Below, piece after piece: positions 51,971 to 60,470 of a DNA stretch of 64,000 nucleotides; position 1 is the stretch's first letter; each line of letters starts with the position of its first letter. Position numbers and translations under genes: made by a program. The DNA lies in contig OZ218964.1 of assembly GCA_965112735.1 (NCBI GenBank), positions 1,984,001 to 2,048,000 of the forward strand. The letters are read 5' to 3'. The notes beneath the pieces were generated by a model, which had not been told where the DNA came from, did no database searches, and was given only the letters and a program-made list of their open reading frames with translations. The DNA is from Phaeosaccion multiseriatum. Taxonomy: Eukaryota; Protista; Ochrophyta, other classes.

Positions 51971-54900
51971 AACCGGCATTTGCCAGGAACACACACCCCA
52001 AACGAGGCAGTTGCTGGTCTTGATCTGCCCGCGCCGGGCACTGGCTCAGCACAATACGTCAAACTGACACACTACATCCCCACAACGAAGCCAAGTCGGG
52101 CATAGAATGGCCTCAAAATGCCCAATCTGGCACATGGCTGGACCCAAAACCGGAATTTGCCAGACACAAACACCTCAAACGAGGCAGTTGCTGGTCTTGA
52201 TATGCCCGCGCCGGGCACTGGCTCTGCACAATAGGCCTAACCAACACACTACATCCCCACAACAAAGCCATGTCGGGCATGGAATGGCCTCAAAACGCCC
52301 AATCTGGCACATGGCTGGACCCAAAACCGGAATTTGCAAGGCACAAACACCCAAAACGAGGCAGTTGCTGAGCTCGATATGCCCGCGCTATGCACTAGAT
52401 CAGCGCAACAGGCCTAACCAACACACTACAGGGCCACAACGAAGCCGAGTCGGGCATGGAGTGGCCTCAAAATGCCCAATCTGACCCTTGGCTGGACCCA
52501 AAACCAGCATTTGCGAAGTAAACACACCCCAAACGAGGCAGTTGCTGGCCTTGATATGCCCGCGCCGGGCACTGGCTCTGCACAATAGGCCTAACCAACA
52601 CACTACATGCCCATAACAAAGCCAAGTCGGGCATGGAGTGGCCTCAAAATGCCCAATCTGGCCCTTGCATGGCTGGACCTAAATTCAGCATTTATTAGGT
52701 AAAGACAACCCAAACAAGGCAGTTGCTGGCCTCGATATGCCCGCGCGGGGTGCTAGCTTCACTCTAATGGCCCAACCAACACACTGCATCCCCACAACGA
52801 AGCCGAGTCAGGCCTGGAGTGGCCTCAAAATGCCCAATGTGGCCCTTGGCTGGACACAAAATCGGTATATGCAAGGCACAAACACCCCAAACGAGGCAGT
52901 TGCTGAGCTCGATATGCCCGCGCTATGCACTAGATCAGCCCAACAGGCCTAACCAACACACTACATCCCCACAACGAAGCCGAGTCGGGCATGGAGTGGC
53001 CTCAAAATGCCCAATCTGACCCTTGGCTGGACCCAAAACCAGCATTTTGCGAAGTAAACACACCCCAAACGAGGCAGTTGCTGGTTATGATATGCCCGCG
53101 CCGGGCACTGGCTCAGCACAATAGGCCTAACCAACACACTACATGCCCATAACAAAGCCAAGCCGGGCATGGAGTGACCTCAAAATGCCCAATCTGACCC
53201 TTGGCTGGACCCAAAACCAGCATTTGCGAAGTAAACACACCCCAAACGAGGCAGTTAATTGCTGGCCTTGAGATGCCCGCGCCGGGCACTGACTCTGCAC
53301 AATAGGCCTAACCAACACACTACATGCCCATAACAAAGCCAAGTCGGGCATGGAGTGGCCTCAAAATGCCCAATCTGACCCTTGGCTGGACCCAAAACCG
53401 GAATTTGCCAGACACAAACACCTCAAACGAGGCAGTTGCTGGTCTTGATATGCCCGCGCCGAGCACTGGCTCAGCACAACAGGCCTAACCAACACACTAC
53501 ATGCCCATAACGAAGCCAAGTCGGGCATAGAATGGCCTCAAAATGCCCAATCTGGCACATGGCTGGACCCAAAACCGGAATTTGCCAGGCACAAACAACC
53601 CAAACGAGGCAGTTGCTGGTCTTGATATGCCCGCGCCGGGCACTGGCTCTGCACAATAGGCCTAACCAACACACTACATGCCCACAACGAAGCCAAGTCG
53701 GGCATAGAATGGCCTCAAAACGCGCAATCTGGCACATGGCTGGACCCAAAACCGGCATTTGCCAGGAACACACACCCCAAACGAGGCAGTTGCTGGTCTT
53801 GATCTGCCCGCGCCGGGCACTGGCTCAGCACAATACGTCAAACTGACACACTACATCCCCACAACGAAGCCAAGTCGGGCATAGAATGGCCTCAAAATGC
53901 CCAATCTGGCACATGGCTGGACCCAAAACCGGAATTTGCCAGGCACAAACAACCCAAACGAGGCAGTTGCTGGTCTTGATACACTCGCGCCGGGCACTGG
54001 CTCTGCACAATAGGCCTAACCAACACACTACATCCCCACAACAAAGCCAAGTCGGGCATGGAATGGCCTCAAAACGCCCAATCTGGCACATGGCTGGACC
54101 CAAAACCGGAATTTGCAAGGCACAAACACCCAAAACGAGGCAGTTGCTGAGCTCGATATGCCCGCGCTATGCACTAGATCAGCGCAACAGGCCTAACCAA
54201 CACACTACAGGGCCACAACGAAGCCGAGTCGGGCATGGAGTGGCCTCAAAATGCCCAATCTGACCCTTGGCTGGACCCAAAACCAGCATTTGCGAAGTAA
54301 ACACACCCCAAACGAGGCAGTTGCTGGCCTTGATATGCCCGCGCCGGGCACTGGCTCTGCACAATAGGCCTAACCAACACACTACATGCCCATAACAAAG
54401 CCAAGTCGGGCATGGAGTGGCCTCAAAATGCCCAATCTGGCCCTTGCATGGCTGGACCTAAATTCAGCATTTATTAGGTAAAGACAACCCAAACAAGGCA
54501 GTTGCTGGCCTCGATATGCCCGCGCGGGGTGCTAGCTTCACTCTAATGGCCCAACCAACACACTGCATCCCCACAACGAAGCCGAGTCAGGCCTGGAGTG
54601 GCCTCAAAATGCCCAATGTGGCCCTTGGCTGGACACAAAATCGGTATTTGCCAGGCACAAACAGCCGGTTCAGCAGCGCAGCAACGGAACTTTGTTTCTC
54701 GCGGAGCAGAGACGAGGGAGTGGGCGGGAAGCAACGAGGGCCCGAGGGGCAGTGCCGCGGGCGGCCCAGCCCCGAGGGGAGCGGCCTCTCCCCCGGGGAA
54801 CATATTACTTTTGTACCAAACTTAGGAATTTAGAAGAGGAGGAGCCTTGGAGTGTGTCGCCGCCTACTGAAGCAACGGAGACAGTGCACAGGTAAGGCGG

Positions 54901-54999
54901 GACACACTGCCAAGGAGGAGAGGTAGATACTGGTGTAGTGGAAAGCGAGCCTCAGTCCTGGGCCCGGACAGAGAGCTTCGTGTTGGCCAAGGGGACCCG

Positions 55000-55202
55000 C
55001 CTGGTGTTGAGTACCGGGGTCCTCGTGGGCGAGGGAAGGAGAGATAGGGAGACTGTGTCTGGTGTTGAGTGCCGACAGTGTCCACGGTGTTGAGTGCCGG
55101 AACTCTTCTTTTCTTTCCCTTTGCCGGTGTTGTGGGGCTCTCCGGCTAAGGAGCGGTGTCTGGTGTTGAGTGCCGACCGTCTCCCCGGTGTTGAGTGCCG
55201 GC
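55000..55202 (+). promoter_or_regulatory. Array of five leader hairpins GGUG-UUGAG-UGCC (candidate packaging signal)
   Basis: Five copies of ggtgttgagt(g/a)cc with complementary flanks upstream of gag. The array is retained in the non-autonomous copies. Confidence 0.5.
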
Positions 55203-55365
55203 GCCTCCTGCCCTCTTCGCTCTTTCCACACCACCAGCCTATCGCAGTAGGACCCCCCCTGACGTCCTACTACCCTTTCCGCCTTCTCCTCTCTCTCCCG
55301 TGGCCCAATTCTTTGGGGGGTGTGGCCCACGTGCACGCCACCAGACAACCAAAGCTTTTCCTACC

Positions 55366-57111
55366 ATGTCACCTCTCGGCACTTCCTCGGACGCCAAGAG
55401 GCTCCTTCGGGTCCCTGACCACCGTCCCAACAACGGAGAAGCAGCGTTCGTCATCTACAAGGACAAGTCACCTAAGGCCTTTTTTCGGCCAGCAATTCTG
55501 GTTCGCTCAGGGAACAGCCACTACATGGAGGCCATCTACCACGTCCTCTCCCTGCCCACGGACGACATCATCTACGCTCAAGACGTCTGGGAGGAGTGGC
55601 TTGCGGTGGCCTCCACCAACCCTCCGAGTGAACTCTCTTCTCTGCCCACTTCACCGGCAGAGGAATCCGTTCGCTGGCACCTCGTGACCGCTCCAACGTT
55701 CACAGACCTCGCCACGGTAGGCGTGGTAGCCCAATCGGCGACTTCCGCTTCACACCTCCACACCCTCTTCCCTACCACTTCTACCACGTCTCTTCCTGCG
55801 GGCCCCGCTCGCCTTCACCCGGAGCCCAAGGTTCAGACATCTACAACGGCGGCACTCCGCACCGCCTCCTCTCCACCCCACCTGCCTCCCCAACCTTCCT
55901 CCCGTTCGCCTTCAGCCCCCCTCTCGGCGGCGGCCCTTCTCGCGATTCAGGAGGAGGAAGCAGCTGAGCGCGATCATCGTCGTTTCCTTCGAGATCGTGA
56001 GCGCCAACGCGCGGAAGCAGAGGATAAGCTCGAGTTAGAGAGACGTACAGCGGAGACTGAGCTGGCACAGCTTCGCCTCGCGGAGGCCAAGGCTACCGCG
56101 GCCACCTCCGCCACCACGACCCGCGAAGACAAAGGTAAATCCGTCGCCCCATTAGCTATCCTACTTAACGGTGGCAAGGTCTCTCACGTTCGTCGCCAAG
56201 GAGCTCATGGCGTCTCGGCCGCAGCGCAGACGCTCATGGGCCCGCGAGACGTCGCGTTCGACCCAAAAGCGATCACTGGGCTCCTTCAAGGACGGTTTGG
56301 CATCCCCGATGGTTTTGAGCTCCAATGCTGCACCCCTCGCGAGCGCACCACGGCGCTTAACGCCGCTCTCCGCTTGGAGCACTCGGACCTCCAGCGCTCG
56401 AGCGCAGAAGCAGGGGGCGCAGTCGTCGCTCTCCCTACGATCGCCCGCCCGCTCCCTCGCTCTTTCGCTGCTCTCCGGACCACCGTCGACAACTTCGTCA
56501 GCGTCATCCGCCTGGTCTACCCCGAGAACACCAACTTTATCGACGAGTTCGACGAGTTCTCTACGACCCTCGACGAACTCTGCACACGCAGCGACTCCTC
56601 GGCGCTAGGGATGCCTCCCGACATCCTGTGCTCCACCACCAACGCTCTGCTCGACCTCCACTCCACCACCTCAGCTAAGTGGCTCAGCTGCCAAAGCCTC
56701 CCGCCCGCTTCCTACGACACCGCTCCTGTCTTCTCTCTTTACGCTCTGCTCGACCACTACGCTTCCCCAGCGGCTCTCATCGTCCAGCGTGGTCTCCTCA
56801 CGTGCCTCCTGCGTGATGTGGACTTGGGGGGGACACGCAACGGCAATGGAGGGGGAGGAGCACGTGGGAATGGCGCCCTCAAGCCCTGTATCACCCTACT
56901 CAAGACCCAGTCTTGCACTGAAGCTTTGTCTGGCTCATGCTCTTTCGCGCCCTGTGCCCCTGGATCCCTCTCTACTCCCCAGAAGAACTCAGCCGTCTCT
57001 CACCTTAAGAGCGGCATGCGGGATCCCAAAGCCCCTACCCCTGCGGAGAGGTCCCACGCCACCAACATCGCTCTTCGCCTTGGCGGCCTTCCAACGGTAC
57101 CGTGGTGGTGA
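55366..57111 (+). CDS. gag: Gag-like ORF1 (581 aa from ATG)
   Basis: Homologue of 41538-43262, with ATG at 55366. It is divergent at the N-terminus and in the C-terminal Cys region. Confidence 0.8.
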   Translation: MSPLGTSSDAKRLLRVPDHRPNNGEAAFVIYKDKSPKAFFRPAILVRSGNSHYMEAIYHVLSLPTDDIIYAQDVWEEWLAVASTNPPSELSSLPTSPAEESVRWHLVTAPTFTDLATVGVVAQSATSASHLHTLFPTTSTTSLPAGPARLHPEPKVQTSTTAALRTASSPPHLPPQPSSRSPSAPLSAAALLAIQEEEAAERDHRRFLRDRERQRAEAEDKLELERRTAETELAQLRLAEAKATAATSATTTREDKGKSVAPLAILLNGGKVSHVRRQGAHGVSAAAQTLMGPRDVAFDPKAITGLLQGRFGIPDGFELQCCTPRERTTALNAALRLEHSDLQRSSAEAGGAVVALPTIARPLPRSFAALRTTVDNFVSVIRLVYPENTNFIDEFDEFSTTLDELCTRSDSSALGMPPDILCSTTNALLDLHSTTSAKWLSCQSLPPASYDTAPVFSLYALLDHYASPAALIVQRGLLTCLLRDVDLGGTRNGNGGGGARGNGALKPCITLLKTQSCTEALSGSCSFAPCAPGSLSTPQKNSAVSHLKSGMRDPKAPTPAERSHATNIALRLGGLPTVPWW

Positions 57112-57166
57112 GGGGGCCCTGGTACGGTGTCACCTCTCATCGTGCCTTCAGGGATTGGGGGAGAGG
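57109..57166 (+). promoter_or_regulatory. Predicted stop-codon readthrough signal (UGA, G5 spacer, stem-loop/H-type pseudoknot)
   Basis: CCCUG/CAGGG and GUACGGUG/CAUCGUGC form a stem. Loop CCUCU is complementary to downstream AGAGG. The same fold is available at 41483-41540 on the minus strand. Confidence 0.6.
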
Positions 57167-59484
57167 GCCCTGCAGGGAACGAGGGCCGGCCCCCACGCCG
57201 CCCTCCGGAGCACACGTTGGTGAGCAGCTTGGCTCCTCGAGGGTTGGAACGGCCGCCCCGTCGGCCCCCCGAAGTCCCGTGCTACCAAAGGCCTGCTGAT
57301 CGGGCGTGGGTGGAGCGGACATTCCTCAGTGACGCAGCATTTGGACGCCGCGCCAATGGGGAGGAAAGTTTTTCATCTTCCGTCGTCGAGCACCATGGCC
57401 GTGGCCTCATCGCCTTCCACGGAGACTTGGGGGCCTACCTTGCTTGGCTCGGCCCTCCCTTCGCTCCCACCTACTTCGACGCCGCACGGATTGAGCGCTA
57501 CTTCGGCAACGTCCCTTTATGGTCACATCTCCATGAGCTTACCACCAACGGTGCCACCGTCCCTGGCACCTTCTTCTCCGTCCCCTCCGCCCAACGAGAC
57601 GCGTACGGGAACCACCCCTCGGGACGAGAGCATCCTACGGTGCTGGAGGACCTCGCTGTGACTAGCTCGTTGGAGGGGAAAGTGTTGCTGGTACCGGTGG
57701 AGCTGGCGCGCCAGGTTTTTCCGGACTTGCGCCCCAACCCCCTAGGCCTCCTCCAAAAGAAGAGCGGCGAGTGGCGCCTCATCACCGACCCCACCTTCGC
57801 CTCTTCCGACGGAGAGCCTACGTCCAACAGCCAGACCGACAAGGAGGCTTTAGTCAACATGAAGGGCCACGACGCTTTAACGGAATTCCTCACTTACTTG
57901 GTTCGGCGGAGCCTTTCTCTCGACCCCTCCGAGTGGGATATTCTCATCTCCAAGACCGACGTCAGCTCTGCGTTCAACTGGATCTTCTACTCCCGCCAGG
58001 CCGGCCTCTGGCCTTTCTTCTGCTCGGTCGTTGGAGCAGTGTGCGTTTTCGACTTACGCTGCGGATTTGGCCCTTGCTCTAGCCCCTCTTTCTACTTCGT
58101 CTTGGCCCAGAGTCTCGTCGCCGTCATCTGCGCTACGGCTCTCACCACTCATCTCGTCATCCCTGCTTGTTGCAACGGCCTCATCCCGGGCATGGAGCTG
58201 ATTGATGTGGAGGAGCAACGGCCAATCCAACGGCGACAGTTACGGGGTACTCCGACGGCGGTTGGGGAAATTCCAGAGCACCATGCTGTGGTTCACGGCG
58301 ACGACCTCAGTGCCGCCAAAGCAGCTCGACGGGGCCTCCCCTCCGCCGAGCGGGCCGCCCCCCTCCTCCAGCTCAGCAGAATCATCACGGCGATGCACTA
58401 CAACCTCTTCGGCTGGCCTGGGGAAAATCCACATGTTTCCTCTTGCATCAATCTGGCGAAGCATGGGAAGGAGGGCCCCTGGCGTTCCGTGCAGCGAGTT
58501 TTGGGCATCATGATCGACACGGAGGCCGGCACTGCCTCTCTGCGTCCCGACAAGCTCGCCGAACTGCACGCTCTGTTGGCGGAGTGGCCTCCAACTCGCA
58601 CCGTTTGCACGCTGAAGGAGCTTCAATCTTTTATCGGCAAGCTCCGCAGCATCAGCTTCTGCATTCGCCCCGGCCGTTACATGCTTCGTCAGCTCACCAA
58701 TCTCACCAGAGGCTGTGGTACGGGTCGTTTTACCGGGCGTACGAAGCTCTTTCTGGACGACGACGCCCTCTTCGACCTCCAGCGCTGGCGGCATCTTATC
58801 TGCGTGTGGGGGGTGAAAGATCCCTCTATCCTGGTGTGCCCTTTGGAGCTACTAGTCCCTCGCCAACCGGACGTTTGCCTCGACGGAGACGCGTCTGACT
58901 GGGGAGGGGGAATTGTATGGGCAGAGGCCTCCATGTTCGCACAGTGGCGCTGGCCTGCGGAGGTAGTAGCCCGACACCATACGGTCCCGAAATTGATCAC
59001 TGTAAACGATTTGGAGATGGGCGTGATCGTTACGGGCCTCTGCACCTTCTGGCTCCAACATCCAACAGCTTTCGACCTCTCAGCGGTGCTAGTGCGTGGC
59101 GACAACACCAGCAGCTTGTCTTGGGTAGAGAACCAGGGGGCCCCCAACAGCTCCATCAGCAACGGCTTGGCAGGGCTGGTGGGCCTCCTGGAGATCGGTG
59201 CTCGGTGCAGCCTCGACACCGTCCATGTCCCCGGACGCATCAACCTTATCCCCGATGACCTCAGCCGTGATTGGATTGAAAATCTCATCGGAACTGACCG
59301 CTCCTCCCCCATTGCCCCTCACCTACAGCCCCTCACTCAGTGGACGCAAATCATGCCGGACTCAATCGTTTTGGACGCGGTCTTCTCAGCTCTGCTCGGG
59401 CAGCCGCAGCAAGCGGTCTCCGCCCTAGCACCTTGGATCGCTACTCATCGGTCCAACGTCAATGGATGGAGTTCTGCCAACTAG
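57112..59484 (+). CDS. pol: Reverse transcriptase-RNase H, in frame with gag behind TGA 57109-57111
   Basis: Same RT and RNase H motifs as copy 1. The first in-frame ATG is only at 57859. Confidence 0.95.
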   Translation, partial: GGPGTVSPLIVPSGIGGEGPAGNEGRPPRRPPEHTLVSSLAPRGLERPPRRPPEVPCYQRPADRAWVERTFLSDAAFGRRANGEESFSSSVVEHHGRGLIAFHGDLGAYLAWLGPPFAPTYFDAARIERYFGNVPLWSHLHELTTNGATVPGTFFSVPSAQRDAYGNHPSGREHPTVLEDLAVTSSLEGKVLLVPVELARQVFPDLRPNPLGLLQKKSGEWRLITDPTFASSDGEPTSNSQTDKEALVNMKGHDALTEFLTYLVRRSLSLDPSEWDILISKTDVSSAFNWIFYSRQAGLWPFFCSVVGAVCVFDLRCGFGPCSSPSFYFVLAQSLVAVICATALTTHLVIPACCNGLIPGMELIDVEEQRPIQRRQLRGTPTAVGEIPEHHAVVHGDDLSAAKAARRGLPSAERAAPLLQLSRIITAMHYNLFGWPGENPHVSSCINLAKHGKEGPWRSVQRVLGIMIDTEAGTASLRPDKLAELHALLAEWPPTRTVCTLKELQSFIGKLRSISFCIRPGRYMLRQLTNLTRGCGTGRFTGRTKLFLDDDALFDLQRWRHLICVWGVKDPSILVCPLELLVPRQPDVCLDGDASDWGGGIVWAEASMFAQWRWPAEVVARHHTVPKLITVNDLEMGVIVTGLCTFWLQHPTAFDLSAVLVRGDNTSSLSWVENQGAPNSSISNGLAGLVGLLEIGARCSLDTVHVPGRINLIPDDLSRDWIENLIGTDRSSPIAPHLQPLTQWTQIMPDSIVLDAVFSALLGQPQQAVSALAPWIATHRSNVNGWSSAN

Positions 59485-60470
59485 TGGAGGTACCACCTCT
59501 ACTTTTCGGAGACGATGACCCCCGGAACTCGGAAATCTTCATGGCTTTTCTGGCGTGGTGTCGTGAGGAGAAGGGCAATAAGGCGGCGACGTTGGAGGGG
59601 AAGGGACCGGCGGTGAATGCTCTGTTTTCTCGGGAAGGGATGAAAGGCCCCGCGGTGGGCAAGCAGGTGCAGTTGGTTCTCCGGAGTTACAGACTCACCG
59701 ATGGCGACTCCATCCCGCAGCTTCCGGTGGATGTAGCTCTTCTAGAGGCTACCAGAGGCGTGCTCAGCACGGAGGGGAGGAAGGGTACCATGCTCTGGGC
59801 GCTCATCCGGTTGGGGTGGTTTTTTCTGATGCGTGTGAGCGAGTTTGCCCCCTCCAATACGAGGGGGAGCGCAGACGTGCGCTACATCCTAACCCCTCTC
59901 GATGTCTCGTTCACAGACGCCTCGAACCGGGCCTACTCAGGGAGAGAAGCCCTTGCAGCCGTCGGCCGAGGGGTGCGGATGCTGCGCGTGACTTTGGCTT
60001 TCACAGGCAGCAAGACAGATGCGTTCAGGAAGGGAGAGGCACGTACGCACCAGAGGACAGGCGCCCCCACGCTTTGCCCGGTACTTGCTGCTGTGGACGC
60101 ACTCCGCTGCCACTTCGGCGGAGAGCAGGTACGCCCTCGAGAAGTTGGGGAAGGGCACACTCTCCTCGCCTCCTACACCGACGAGACTGGGCGAAGGACA
60201 TCCGTCACTTCCCACCAAGTCAGCAGAGCCCTCAAGGCTGGGGCAACGAGGGCTGGGAGGGACTCCAACCGGATCAGCGCTCACTCCCTGCGGAGTGGAG
60301 GTGCTACAGCCCTTGCAGCGGGCGGAGCAGACTGGCGCGCACTCCAGTTTTGGGGGCGCTGGTCGTCGACGACGGCTTTCCAGTACGCCCACAGGACCGT
60401 CCAGGAGGCTCTTGGCTGGGCGGGCCGCATGCTGACGGCAGATACGACTCCCCCGCAGGTACACGGATGA
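59340..60470 (+). CDS. Tyrosine recombinase (YR); true start uncertain
   Basis: R-K-HxxR-W-Y catalytic set is intact. Only about four amino-acid differences from copy 1. Confidence 0.95.
   Translation: MDANHAGLNRFGRGLLSSARAAAASGLRPSTLDRYSSVQRQWMEFCQLVEVPPLLFGDDDPRNSEIFMAFLAWCREEKGNKAATLEGKGPAVNALFSREGMKGPAVGKQVQLVLRSYRLTDGDSIPQLPVDVALLEATRGVLSTEGRKGTMLWALIRLGWFFLMRVSEFAPSNTRGSADVRYILTPLDVSFTDASNRAYSGREALAAVGRGVRMLRVTLAFTGSKTDAFRKGEARTHQRTGAPTLCPVLAAVDALRCHFGGEQVRPREVGEGHTLLASYTDETGRRTSVTSHQVSRALKAGATRAGRDSNRISAHSLRSGGATALAAGGADWRALQFWGRWSSTTAFQYAHRTVQEALGWAGRMLTADTTPPQVHG

Noticed and set aside
52-57111. Genetic-code reassignment of UGA to explain the in-frame TGAs
   Set aside because: The long pol and YR ORFs use TGG for their many Trp residues and have no internal TGA, and YR ends in TGA exactly at the B repeat. 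Local readthrough and pseudogene decay are simpler explanations.
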